A DNA stretch of 64,000 nucleotides from a virus (IMGVR_UViG_3300029935_000001:201867-265866); one strand, 5' to 3'. Positions 42,651 through 51,527 are shown, counted from the first letter of the stretch. Notes: generated by a model not told the origin, from the letters alone. Numbers and translations are program-made.

Positions 42651-43559
42651 ATGAGGCTAGACGACCACACCCTCGTTGCAAATTTTATCAAACGGGTGCA
42701 ATTAAGACAGCCGAACTTTTTTGCGTATTATGATTACTCTGAGGCCGAGCTCAACAGAAGCAATGGCAAAATTAAATTAAAATGCCCAGCACATGGGGAA
42801 TTCTGGACAAACAGGGGCGATCATTTAAGTGGGTATGCAGGGTGTTCTGAATGCTCGGCAGAAAAAAGAAAGAAGACGCTTTTAGCAAAATACGGGGTTG
42901 ACAATTTTTTTAAGAGGACGGACTTAGTTGAGCAAGCGATGCTCAAAAAACACGGGGTTAAAAATCCCGGGTTGTTGCCAGATCACGTGGCTAAAATTCA
43001 AGAAACTAGTCAACAAAGATACGGAATACTGTGGGCCAACCAAACTGATGTATCAAAAGCACATCGAAAGAAAACTAATTTAGAAAAATTCGGCCACGAA
43101 TATCCGATGCAAAATACCGCAGTATCAAAAAAAATGGTCGCAACTAAGATAAAAACTGGCGGATTTACAAAGTCAAATTCAAGCAAACAAGCTACATCCT
43201 ATATTAAAAGTTATATTGAGAGTAAACACTACGACTTATCACAGTGCGCTTTTGCTAGTGTTGAGGATGGCCTCTACGAGTGGGGTATTTATGTTAGCGG
43301 CCGGTGGCTGTTGTTTGACTTAGTAGTGTTTGAAAAAGGGCATCGTGGAAATAAAGAAAAGATACTCGAAATACTCGAATTCCACGGGCCTTTCCACTAT
43401 AATGAAATAGATGTTCAGTTGCGCGGCAATGATGCGGCATATCCTTGGAAAACTAATCGAACCACTATTATGGAGAGCTATATGCGAGATAAAGAAAAAG
43501 AAGCCGTTGCGTTATTGTTAACGGATAAGTTTACAATTGTATGGGGCAAAGATTTATGA
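42651..43559 (+). CDS. free-standing homing endonuclease-like protein (repeated KYGV-N DNA-binding modules + C-terminal nuclease-like domain)
   Basis: Four ~22-aa modules (AKYGVDNFFKRTDLVEQAM / KKHGVKNPGLLPDHVAKIQET / QRYGILWANQTDVSKAHRKKT / EKFGHEYPMQNTAVSKKMVAT); inserted between mazG and a duplicated mazG 3' fragment. Confidence 0.55.
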   Translation: MRLDDHTLVANFIKRVQLRQPNFFAYYDYSEAELNRSNGKIKLKCPAHGEFWTNRGDHLSGYAGCSECSAEKRKKTLLAKYGVDNFFKRTDLVEQAMLKKHGVKNPGLLPDHVAKIQETSQQRYGILWANQTDVSKAHRKKTNLEKFGHEYPMQNTAVSKKMVATKIKTGGFTKSNSSKQATSYIKSYIESKHYDLSQCAFASVEDGLYEWGIYVSGRWLLFDLVVFEKGHRGNKEKILEILEFHGPFHYNEIDVQLRGNDAAYPWKTNRTTIMESYMRDKEKEAVALLLTDKFTIVWGKDL

Positions 43560-43681
43560 GACAAGCGCTCGGCCTGGACCCAAATCAAGTGATTCAAGAC
43601 AACGTAACCAAGCTCGAGGCGCGGCATCCTGCTGGTGTGTTTAATGTTAATTTCGAAAACACTCGCAATGAACCAAAATAA
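43556..43681 (+). pseudogene. displaced 3' fragment of mazG (MRQALGLDPNQVIQDNVTKLEARHPAGVFNVNFENTRNEPK)
   Basis: The peptide duplicates the MazG C-terminus (ACRALGLDPNQVIQDNIQKLSNRYPNGFDVF...), but with diverged codons. Confidence 0.6.
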
Positions 43682-43923
43682 TGGAACACCCATTTATTCA
43701 CGGCTTGGGCCATCTTAGTGCAGACGAGATTCAAGCCACGCTTTCGGAGTTGTATAAAAAACTAGCGTTCGCATCTCGCTCTGGAAATAGTATGCTAGCG
43801 AATCAGATTCGAATGGCAATAGAATCATACCAAGTTGCACATACTCGTAAGCTAGAGGAAATGATCCCTAAGCCCAACGATGATGACGACAGCGACCCTT
43901 TTACTCTAATAGATATATCATGA
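43681..43923 (+). CDS. hypothetical protein
   Basis: taATGg coupling. Confidence 0.4.
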   Translation: MEHPFIHGLGHLSADEIQATLSELYKKLAFASRSGNSMLANQIRMAIESYQVAHTRKLEEMIPKPNDDDDSDPFTLIDIS

Positions 43924-44525
43924 ATGTACGAATCCAGCAGTCATTTGGCTTTTTAGCCGGAGTCTTTGATTCATCCGAGGGACTACTTATGAATGAGTAT
44001 TCCTTGACGCTAGATCTTATTACCAACACTGTTGACTCGATTGAACAAAACATTGCGTTCGACCGGATAACTCACTTTATTGAGAATGTGGTGTCGAATG
44101 CGGTCTTTGTGCGCGACACAGACGTTGAGGTTTGTAAAAATTTGCACGCTGCTGGAGTTCGAGTAATCACTCTACCCGAAGAGCCGTACGATCAAATTGT
44201 TGGGCTGGCATTGTATGCCAAGCTAAGTGCAATAATGGAGCAGCGAATGTTTATCACCGACTGCGAAATTTCCAGCAGCGAAGGCCGTCATGTTGTGTAT
44301 ATGCACGCTGCTGAAGAATCTATCGGACCATTCGAGCTGCCAGGCTGGTGGAATGACCCCAGCAGGTCGTACTGCGATAAAAAGTTGTTTGCCTGGGATA
44401 AAAAAATAATCAAACTTAGTAAATCCGACGACTCGTGGCGGAACTTCAATTTAGATTGGGAAGCTGCAACAGAACCCGCCGATTCGAATGTGGTGGTAGT
44501 AAAATTCGACTATGAAAAAGAGTAG
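43920..44525 (+). CDS. hypothetical protein (201 aa)
   Basis: ATGA coupling. Confidence 0.45.
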   Translation: MNVRIQQSFGFLAGVFDSSEGLLMNEYSLTLDLITNTVDSIEQNIAFDRITHFIENVVSNAVFVRDTDVEVCKNLHAAGVRVITLPEEPYDQIVGLALYAKLSAIMEQRMFITDCEISSSEGRHVVYMHAAEESIGPFELPGWWNDPSRSYCDKKLFAWDKKIIKLSKSDDSWRNFNLDWEAATEPADSNVVVVKFDYEKE

Positions 44526-45015
44526 TGTTGGCGAAAATATTTACTCCGAAGACGAGTTAATTGACTCGTTAATGCGCGACCCTGCTGCGCAACTGTCAGG
44601 CGCTACTGCCGACGTTACACTGCCGACAAATTTAGCCGAAGTGTTAGACGATGTGCCGCATTTTGTTCAACCGACTAAGTTACTGGATGTAGCGGCGTTT
44701 GATCAAAAAAATCAACAACAGTGGCTAATGCCAGACGAGTACAAAGAGTTTGATGTTGCCAAATATGTATTAGAGTTGTGTACCACTGACGCCGAGTTGC
44801 AGCGAGTAGGAAATGAATTATTACTTTACCAAGAGAGGGATTTGTTTAACTTGCTGCGGTATTTAAAGTTTTTAGTAGACACAATGCAACAGCACAATAT
44901 TATTTACGGCGTTGGTCGTGGATCGAGTGTTGCGTCGTATGTGTTGTACTTATTAAAAGTACATAGAATTAATTCTATGTACTATGATTTAGACATTGGT
45001 GAGTTTTTACGCTAA
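44512..45015 (+). CDS. hypothetical protein (167 aa)
   Basis: Overlapping start. Confidence 0.45.
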   Translation: MKKSSVGENIYSEDELIDSLMRDPAAQLSGATADVTLPTNLAEVLDDVPHFVQPTKLLDVAAFDQKNQQQWLMPDEYKEFDVAKYVLELCTTDAELQRVGNELLLYQERDLFNLLRYLKFLVDTMQQHNIIYGVGRGSSVASYVLYLLKVHRINSMYYDLDIGEFLR

Positions 45016-45039
45016 GTAAGCGTATAGGAGATTATCAAA

Positions 45040-45471
45040 ATGACAAAACGAATATATAGATCAGCCAATGGCAAAATGGTCGACCTTGGTCAGTTAATTT
45101 TGCAAAACGAAGATGCGGTTGCAGTTGGCAACATGAATGTAAATGCTCGCGGGGATGTGGTTTCCCCAACAGGAGCGATTGTAGAACCGCGAGCAGCAAC
45201 GGTTGCTGCATATGTTGATGATCAGATTGAGTATGCAAAGCCAGGCCGAGTGCCTACATCGCGTCGAGCTGCAACAATAGAAGCTGCCGAAAAAGTCAAA
45301 TCCCCAGCGATCTCAGGCGAGCACACCACCAAAGCAGAAGTGGAAGCCGAGGAAGTAGCTGCACTAAGTGGCATTGCTGCTGCACTGGCCCGGACTAAAT
45401 TGGTTCAACAAGATGAGTTAACTCCGCCAAATAAAGTGGCTCGAGCCAAGACTGGAGTGAGTAAAATCTAA
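45040..45471 (+). CDS. hypothetical protein (Ala/Val-rich)
   Basis: SD AGGAGATTATC. Confidence 0.45.
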   Translation: MTKRIYRSANGKMVDLGQLILQNEDAVAVGNMNVNARGDVVSPTGAIVEPRAATVAAYVDDQIEYAKPGRVPTSRRAATIEAAEKVKSPAISGEHTTKAEVEAEEVAALSGIAAALARTKLVQQDELTPPNKVARAKTGVSKI

Positions 45472-45848
45472 TGGCAGTAATTTTTCAACCACATCGGATT
45501 AAATCATTTACTGCATTGGCTGATCATGTCATTGTCGAAGACATGAACTTCGAAGGACGGAAACTCGCATCGGGTATTATACTTCACTCAGATAATGCCA
45601 AGTCGGAAGGTATTCGACCACGGTGGGGTCGAGTTTACGCAGTCGGTCCGGAACAAAAAGAAATTCAAGTCGGGCAGTGGGTTTGCGTAGAGCACGGCCG
45701 GTGGACCCGCGGGGTAAAGATTGAAGACTCTGCAGGCAATCATACAATTCGCAGAGTAGACATTAACGCGATCATGATGGTCTCAGACGAACAACCGTCC
45801 GACGAGACAATGTCCGACGCTATTTCGGTGACTGCAAAATCATGCTAA
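45471..45848 (+). CDS. GroES/Cpn10-like co-chaperonin (T4 gp31-like)
   Basis: LADHVIVEDMNFEGRKLASGIILHSD...GRVYAVGPE...VGQWVCVEHGRW follows the GroES beta-barrel pattern (RVLVK...GGIVLP...GxVVAVGxG...GDxVxF). Confidence 0.55.
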   Translation: MAVIFQPHRIKSFTALADHVIVEDMNFEGRKLASGIILHSDNAKSEGIRPRWGRVYAVGPEQKEIQVGQWVCVEHGRWTRGVKIEDSAGNHTIRRVDINAIMMVSDEQPSDETMSDAISVTAKSC

Positions 45849-46084
45849 ACCTAACCCAAGAAGAGGCGAGAGCGCGGATTCGTAAGCTCTCGCCTTACCG
45901 CACTGTATCTGGCACCGAGCGCAAGCAGCTTGAGCTAGTGTTTGCGCTCATGGAACCGGTTTATCAATTTAATGATCAGCGTAGCTGGACCGACGTATAT
46001 CACTTAGATGACCAGATATTTTATGTGTCAAGTGGCTGCGGCGACGAAGTTGAAATAGTTGAGCGCCTGCCGGACGTGGATTAA
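45842..46084 (+). CDS. hypothetical protein
   Basis: Overlapping ORF. Confidence 0.4.
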   Translation: MLNLTQEEARARIRKLSPYRTVSGTERKQLELVFALMEPVYQFNDQRSWTDVYHLDDQIFYVSSGCGDEVEIVERLPDVD

Positions 46085-46149
46085 TTATGACACCAACAAA
46101 AGAACTAATTATCACCAACATCATGTTGGCAACTTGTCGTCCGGAATAA

Positions 46150-46236
46150 CTGACACCGAAGCAGCGTTTTTGTATAATCAAATGAAACAAGTGTTTGAAA
46201 ACTGTATCGAACCCTACGTAACGTTTAAGGAATAAT
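46150..46236 (+). promoter_or_regulatory. sigma70 promoter CTGACA-17-TATAAT with long leader, SD AAGGAATAAT
   Basis: -10 at 46173-46178. Confidence 0.45.
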
Positions 46237-47160
46237 ATGAGTAAGCTCTGGACGGAACATTACCGCCCTAAAACCGTTGATGGTTATGTGTTTCGCGACG
46301 CCAGCCAAAAAGAACAAGTAGCAGCCTGGCTACGAGAGGGAATGATTCCCCACTTACTGTTTTCGGGTGCGCCGGGTACTGGCAAAACCACCTTAGCCAA
46401 GGTGTTGCTCAATGAGCTCGGCGTTGACGATTACGATGTGCTTGAGATCAACGCATCGCGCGAAAACTCGGTCGACACCATTCGTGACAAGATCACAAAC
46501 TTTGTTCAAACCATGCCGTTTGGCAAGTTCAAAGTGGTGTTACTCGACGAAGCTGACTACATTTCGCCCAATGGCCAGGCCGCCTTGCGTGGGGTAATGG
46601 AAATGTATGCTGCGACTGCCAGATTCATCCTGACTTGTAACTACCCGCACAAAGTTTTGCCGGCACTAAAGTCTCGGTGTCAAGGATTTCACATCGAACA
46701 GCTGGACGAAGTTGAATTCACTGCGCGAGTTGCTACGGTACTGGTCGAAGAAGGAGTTGAGTTTGACCTCGATACTCTGGACTTGTATGTTAAGGCTACT
46801 CGTCCAGACTTGCGCAAGTGCTTAAACCTACTCCAGATGAACTCAGGTACGGGTAAGTTGCTTGCGCCGGCTGCTGAAGAGTTGTCAGACACAAGTGGAT
46901 ACTTGCTACAAGCGGTAGAGCTATTTAAAGCAGGGCGCAGCCGAGATGCCCGGCAAGTGCTATGCAGCAACACGCGCGTCGACGAAGTAGAAAAAGTGTT
47001 CCGCTGGATGTATGATAATCTCAGTTTGTGGGGGCAGTCGCCAGAACAGCAAGACCGGGCGATTGTGATCATTCGTCAAGGCTTAGTAAATCATTCGTTT
47101 GTTGGCGACCCAGAAATCAACCTCAGCGCTACTATCACAGAACTAATCAATATAGAGTAA
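46237..47160 (+). CDS. clamp-loader ATPase (RFC small-subunit / T4 gp44 type)
   Basis: HYRPKTVDGYV; Walker A LLFSGAPGTGKTT; DEAD box VVLLDEADYIS; sensor-1 TCN; SRC motif LKSRCQGF. Confidence 0.85.
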   Translation: MSKLWTEHYRPKTVDGYVFRDASQKEQVAAWLREGMIPHLLFSGAPGTGKTTLAKVLLNELGVDDYDVLEINASRENSVDTIRDKITNFVQTMPFGKFKVVLLDEADYISPNGQAALRGVMEMYAATARFILTCNYPHKVLPALKSRCQGFHIEQLDEVEFTARVATVLVEEGVEFDLDTLDLYVKATRPDLRKCLNLLQMNSGTGKLLAPAAEELSDTSGYLLQAVELFKAGRSRDARQVLCSNTRVDEVEKVFRWMYDNLSLWGQSPEQQDRAIVIIRQGLVNHSFVGDPEINLSATITELINIE

Positions 47161-47162
47161 CT

Positions 47163-47441
47163 ATGCGATACCTAATCATCCGTTATACCCGACAGCCATC
47201 GGGCGAATTCAAAGAGCAGGCCACTGTTGCTGAAACCCTCAAAAACCATGACTTACAAATGGCCGCAGTGATTTTGGACTATCGAGCCCAGGCGGTAGTA
47301 AAGGCGGTCATCGACGGCAAAACTTTGCCACGAGTATTCCAGCGCTTTCACACTTACTATCAAGAATTTTTCCCAGCGATCGTCGACCGCTTAGAAAAAG
47401 AAAACAAATCGGTTGTTGTACCGGAGCCTCCTGTGTTATAA
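47163..47441 (+). CDS. hypothetical protein (possible clamp-loader accessory subunit)
   Basis: ATG 3 nt after the stop of the clamp-loader gene; the gp44-gp62 analogy is based on position only. Confidence 0.4.
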   Translation: MRYLIIRYTRQPSGEFKEQATVAETLKNHDLQMAAVILDYRAQAVVKAVIDGKTLPRVFQRFHTYYQEFFPAIVDRLEKENKSVVVPEPPVL

Positions 47442-47448
47442 TCTATTC

Positions 47449-47835
47449 ATGATTGCTGCTATTATTGGTTCGCGCGGATTTAACAACTACGTCGGCCTCA
47501 GTCGCGTACTCTCGGAGTATCCGATCACTCGGATCGTGTCGGGCGGCGCCGTTGGGGCCGACACCTTAGGCGCTGAGTGGTCTGACGCGCAAGGCTTGCC
47601 TGAGCCGATTATCTTTCTCCCAGACTGGACCCGGTATGGTCGAGCGGCCGGCCCTATTCGCAACCAAGACATTGTTGACGCTGCAGATTTTGTGGTAGCA
47701 TTTTGGGACGGCAAATCCCGTGGCACACGGTCTGCGCTGCGTTACGCAAAAAAAGTAGGCAAGCCGGCTCACGTGTGGTTATACGATGCCGAGACCTTTG
47801 AAATTCTGCGCCTCCTCGATCCCGCCGAGCATTGA
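47449..47835 (+). CDS. SLOG-superfamily (DprA/Smf-like Rossmann) protein
   Basis: IVSGGAVGADTLGAEW matches the DprA/SLOG glycine-rich loop (VSGxAxGxD); about 128 aa. Confidence 0.5.
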   Translation: MIAAIIGSRGFNNYVGLSRVLSEYPITRIVSGGAVGADTLGAEWSDAQGLPEPIIFLPDWTRYGRAAGPIRNQDIVDAADFVVAFWDGKSRGTRSALRYAKKVGKPAHVWLYDAETFEILRLLDPAEH

Positions 47836-48599
47836 TGGAACTTGACAATAAATACTGCATGTTCCTAAATGATTTGTTCGATGATATTAACGTTGTTAAC
47901 GATAAGTTAGCGTTTGACTACCGCGACCGCACCGGTGTTTCTACTGCGCTTGGCAAAAGCAACTTTGTGCCATATGCTCGCAAAGACAAAACACTTGATG
48001 GCTATACTATATATAGCGTCTACGCCAGCGGCGACGATTCCCTTACTGACGTGTTGCTTGCGTTAAAAAAGAAGTCGTTTATTAAAGTAGATCCGCAGGA
48101 TTACGAGTATTTTCTCAAGCGCACAGCAATTTTCATCACCAGCAAAATCTTGCGCCCTACGCGGTGTGACATCATCATCACACCGCGGTCGTCGACGAAC
48201 ATTCTCAACGACATTCTCAAGTATCTACAAGCGCAAAATCCGCACATTGAGTTTCTACCTGAGTCGTATGTCAAAACCGTAGATCTGACGCGAATCGAGG
48301 TAGATCGAGCCCACCCGCAGATCACTGACAAGATTGCGTATGGCTTAGAGCGCATTATCAAAAACGCTCAGCAAACAGGCAAGTTTGAAATCAAAAAAGC
48401 GCTCCCGCAGTATCGAAAATTTTTCCGCAACTTTTTCGAAGTAGTAGACCCAAGGTTGACAAAAAAGTTTGCAGGTCGTAACATATGTGTATTAGATGAT
48501 GTGCTTTCGTCAGGAACTACTGTAGTTCAAATACTCAAGGATGTGGCCAATTATGCGCCTGCAGAAGCATTCGGCTGCACCCTCTTCAAGACAAAATAA
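47832..48599 (+). CDS. phosphoribosyltransferase-domain protein
   Basis: PRPP-binding motif ICVLDDVLSSGTTV near the C-terminus; ATGA coupled to the SLOG gene. Confidence 0.55.
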   Translation: MMELDNKYCMFLNDLFDDINVVNDKLAFDYRDRTGVSTALGKSNFVPYARKDKTLDGYTIYSVYASGDDSLTDVLLALKKKSFIKVDPQDYEYFLKRTAIFITSKILRPTRCDIIITPRSSTNILNDILKYLQAQNPHIEFLPESYVKTVDLTRIEVDRAHPQITDKIAYGLERIIKNAQQTGKFEIKKALPQYRKFFRNFFEVVDPRLTKKFAGRNICVLDDVLSSGTTVVQILKDVANYAPAEAFGCTLFKTK

Positions 48600-48876
48600 A
48601 TGTGACCCCATACAAGTCCACCTAACGGCTGAATTTGACTACGACATATTAACTAAACTGGTTAGCGTGGCTGAGTTTTACGACCTGATTACCGCCGTGA
48701 CCTCTTTTGCTGTCCAGAAACTACCAGGGCAGTTGCCCGATAATGAGTTGTTTCGAGACCACTTTGGATTTTGGTTTGACATGACCAAATCGGCGGTAAA
48801 GATCAACGACCAGCAAAAATATCTTCTTTTTGTCTTGCAATCAGGGATGACGGTTGACCAGTTTGTGGCTGAGTAG
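48541..48876 (+). CDS. hypothetical protein (start uncertain)
   Basis: ORF overlapping the PRTase 3' end by 59 nt; the next promoter's -35 lies inside its 3' end. Confidence 0.35.
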   Translation: MWPIMRLQKHSAAPSSRQNKCDPIQVHLTAEFDYDILTKLVSVAEFYDLITAVTSFAVQKLPGQLPDNELFRDHFGFWFDMTKSAVKINDQQKYLLFVLQSGMTVDQFVAE

Positions 48877-48913
48877 TATAATACTTGTTGTCTACTAACT
48901 AAGCGGTGGTTAT
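48854..48913 (+). promoter_or_regulatory. sigma70 promoter TTGACC-17-TATAAT
   Basis: -10 at 48877-48882. Confidence 0.55.
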
Positions 48914-49237
48914 ATGAATGTCACTCTCGATGCCAGGCGCAATGCCTACGACCATCATGATCGCGAGCAGGTTCGAAAGCAGCTATTGTTTCACGCACAC
49001 TATCCTTATGTAATAGTTGTAGACGGTGGCACGCCTGCGCGGACAGTGCACGGCACGCCAGGCCGCGACGAGCGCAAGGCATGGTGTTACTCAGCTAAAC
49101 TGCACGGTGCATGGATGACCGTCGACACGTACCGCAGCCGAGATTATTATTTTGCCGTTGAGCAAGACGCTCTGCTGTTTGTTATGACCTTTGGTGGCAA
49201 CTACGTCAAGCAAGAAGATACCAATGACAACCCCTGA
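48914..49237 (+). CDS. hypothetical protein
   Basis: Promoter-driven ORF. Confidence 0.45.
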   Translation: MNVTLDARRNAYDHHDREQVRKQLLFHAHYPYVIVVDGGTPARTVHGTPGRDERKAWCYSAKLHGAWMTVDTYRSRDYYFAVEQDALLFVMTFGGNYVKQEDTNDNP

Positions 49238-49424
49238 CGATACCTATCGCGCCCTTGCCGGGCACCCGCTTCCGGTCCGCAGAATCTGGTGCCGAGTAGG
49301 CATTCATATGTGGACACCATGGTCTGAGTCGCGATCGGTAAAGTGGTCGTCTTACTACGTCCAAGAATCGACATGCGTGTTCTGCAACCGACTCCGCGTG
49401 CGAAGAATCAAGGGTACCGGTTGA
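49191..49424 (+). CDS. hypothetical protein (Trp/Cys-rich)
   Basis: Overlapping ORF. Confidence 0.35.
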   Translation: MVATTSSKKIPMTTPDDTYRALAGHPLPVRRIWCRVGIHMWTPWSESRSVKWSSYYVQESTCVFCNRLRVRRIKGTG

Positions 49425-49475
49425 CCTTTCAGAATGATTCTAGTATAATAGCTACATAACGAACGGAGCAAATAA
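49421..49475 (+). promoter_or_regulatory. conserved promoter-leader cassette (short-leader variant)
   Basis: TTGACC-17-TATAAT-AGCTACATAACGAACGGAGCAAATAAATG. Confidence 0.7.
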
Positions 49476-49643
49476 ATGACCCAAGTTTTTGTTTCAAAGC
49501 GCACAGGCAAGCAAATAACCGCAACTCCGCTGGTAGTTGGGTTCACAAATCGACGAGCCGATATGTTTCGGGTCACGCATGCCGACGGCCGCGTAACGAC
49601 TGTTGACCGCGATTCGATTCGTCGTCGATACTGCGCAGCCTAA
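49476..49643 (+). CDS. small protein (55 aa)
   Basis: ATG at the end of the conserved leader. Confidence 0.45.
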   Translation: MTQVFVSKRTGKQITATPLVVGFTNRRADMFRVTHADGRVTTVDRDSIRRRYCAA

Positions 49644-49651
49644 GGCGGTAA

Positions 49652-49858
49652 TTGAATGCATCTGGTCTGGTACTAACAACAAGTGTCTCTGAAATGAATC
49701 GACTATATAAACTAACAGGCACAGTCACAAAAACTAAGTCTGTTGACACAATTTACGTTATTGCTCCAACTGCGGCGCAAGCGCAAGCTGATGCGGAAGC
49801 CTTTGCTACTGCAGTCACGGTTGTAAGTTCAGAAAAACTCAGTGAGGAATGGAATTAA
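49652..49858 (+). CDS. hypothetical protein
   Basis: ORF in the gene train. Confidence 0.4.
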   Translation: MNASGLVLTTSVSEMNRLYKLTGTVTKTKSVDTIYVIAPTAAQAQADAEAFATAVTVVSSEKLSEEWN

Positions 49859-50088
49859 TGGAGTCGTTTCAACTTGAAAATCTGGCCGAAGAAGAATTTG
49901 GCCAGCTACAAGCATATCACTTCAGCGAAGACGCAGTGCGCGCCTTTCGTGAAGCACTGCCAAAGGGACCAAGTCTTTCGGAGTGTATCGACTGTGGCGA
50001 TGACATTCCCGAAGCACGACAACAAGCTGTTGCTGGGTGCAAGCGCTGCGTTGATTGCCAAACTATGTACGACAAGTATAAAAAATGA
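49849..50088 (+). CDS. TraR/DksA-family C4 zinc-finger protein
   Basis: CIDCGDDIPEARQQAVAGCKRCVDCQ matches the C-x2-C-x17-C-x2-C DksA/TraR finger; 79 aa, typical of phage TraR. Confidence 0.6.
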   Translation: MELMESFQLENLAEEEFGQLQAYHFSEDAVRAFREALPKGPSLSECIDCGDDIPEARQQAVAGCKRCVDCQTMYDKYKK

Positions 50089-50237
50089 TTACTGCTGCCG
50101 AATCGACGATTCTGTCAACTCCTGATGAGCTCACGGTAACACTAATTATGGAACAGGTTGTAGACGGCCTCGGACTAAGCTGTCAGACCCCCAGCGTCCT
50201 CTGAGGACTGCTTAATAGTTATTTAATAGGTTAAATT

Positions 50238-50507
50238 ATGCTAAAAGTAGCGTTTAGTGTAGCTATTAGTCCGCCCGAGTTTCAGAACGAAGATTCCTGG
50301 CGAAGTCTTTGCGAATGGATGGCCAAGCAATCGGATCTGATTACGACGGTCTCGCAACTGATTCAAATACACTCGCCTAACCTTTCAACCAAGCCAACGG
50401 CTTGTCAGTGCCAGACAATAAATTGTTGGGAATTCGCCAACACTGGCGACCTTGAATATTTTCTCTTATGCTTGCCGCCGGGCGTATGTTATCAGATCCA
50501 CGAGTAA
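50238..50507 (+). CDS. hypothetical protein
   Basis: ORF. Confidence 0.4.
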   Translation: MLKVAFSVAISPPEFQNEDSWRSLCEWMAKQSDLITTVSQLIQIHSPNLSTKPTACQCQTINCWEFANTGDLEYFLLCLPPGVCYQIHE

Positions 50508-50710
50508 TTGCGCAAAAGCCTGCGGAGCCACCGTTTCTCTACAAAATAGTGATCGAGCGGCACTACAATCCCGCATATGGTGACAGCCGATTGTGTGAGT
50601 GCGGGCATCCGTACCGCCGGCACTTTGACTTTTACGAAAGCACAGAACTATGCGGCTGTAAGCATTGTGGATGTTTTGAGTTCAAACCGGTTGACACTGA
50701 GGTAACTTGA
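50468..50710 (+). CDS. hypothetical Cys/His-rich protein
   Basis: CECGHPYRRH...CGCKHCGC suggests a zinc-binding fold. Confidence 0.4.
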   Translation: MLAAGRMLSDPRVIAQKPAEPPFLYKIVIERHYNPAYGDSRLCECGHPYRRHFDFYESTELCGCKHCGCFEFKPVDTEVT

Positions 50711-50749
50711 CACTACAATGTAGCTTTATATAGTAAAGCGAACAAACTT

Positions 50750-51223
50750 ATGACTACTTGTTATCGCATTTGGCCTTGTTTGGGCTACTTCTATGACGTT
50801 GACTCAGGAATGGTCTACTCAGAAGCCCGCGGGAATAACCGCCTACTTTCGTGGAATCGGCGGAGTGATTCGCTGAACGACTCTATGAGGTTTTATATCC
50901 ACGGAGTGCAAGTGAGTCGAACCCGACGTCAAATTCTTGACTTAATTCAACCCCAGATTGACAGAGCAAACACACTTACTGAGGAAATTCAAATGATCAA
51001 AAATTCGCATCGCACCAGTGCTATGCACACCACAAAGGGCTATATTGTTGGGTCAATCCGCCAAGACGGCACCCACAGCATTTCGACCAAGCCGAAGTAT
51101 CACGAATCCTACGCCGAAGCCAGCGCCGAGGCTGCGCGCCTTGCTACACAACACCCCGGTGTCAGGTTCATGGTCCTGACCGTTGGCGGTGTTGTGTCTG
51201 TTAGCACCATCAGCTGGGAGTAA
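50750..51223 (+). CDS. hypothetical protein
   Basis: ORF. Confidence 0.45.
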   Translation: MTTCYRIWPCLGYFYDVDSGMVYSEARGNNRLLSWNRRSDSLNDSMRFYIHGVQVSRTRRQILDLIQPQIDRANTLTEEIQMIKNSHRTSAMHTTKGYIVGSIRQDGTHSISTKPKYHESYAEASAEAARLATQHPGVRFMVLTVGGVVSVSTISWE

Positions 51224-51227
51224 ACTT

Positions 51228-51527
51228 ATGCCCGTTGTGGCTCATTTCCAAGTTGAAGATCGTTACTTTCAGCACCAGATAAATTACGTCACTGACGAAG
51301 TTGTGTGTGTTGAGCTATCCGACAGTGCCGCAGTAGACCCACTGGTAGTCTACACTGCCGACGGTACAGTTACTACCGGCGGGAAGTGCGCTGGACGAAT
51401 GAGCCTCGGGCTTGATGGCTACTGGTCATTTGTGGACAACAGCGGTGCCCGGCACCAACTTGGCGCTGACTTGTACGCCGCCGAAGCACTGGTTAGTCAA
51501 CTTTTAATTGGAGATAGTAATGTTTGA
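51228..51527 (+). CDS. hypothetical protein
   Basis: Internal ATG chosen right after the upstream stop. Confidence 0.4.
   Translation: MPVVAHFQVEDRYFQHQINYVTDEVVCVELSDSAAVDPLVVYTADGTVTTGGKCAGRMSLGLDGYWSFVDNSGARHQLGADLYAAEALVSQLLIGDSNV

Larger units (their letters stand above)
42603..43681 (+). mobile_element. homing-endonuclease cassette at the 3' end of mazG
   Basis: Order is: intact mazG, SD-occluding hairpin, endonuclease ORF, then an orphan mazG 3' copy. Confidence 0.55.

Noticed and set aside
42651-43559. Possibility that the endonucleases are intron-encoded (group I/II introns inside pnk or mazG).
   Set aside because: Both host genes are intact and uninterrupted, and the endonuclease ORFs lie in intergenic position with their own SDs. 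No intron core structures are evident, so a free-standing homing cassette is the simpler reading.
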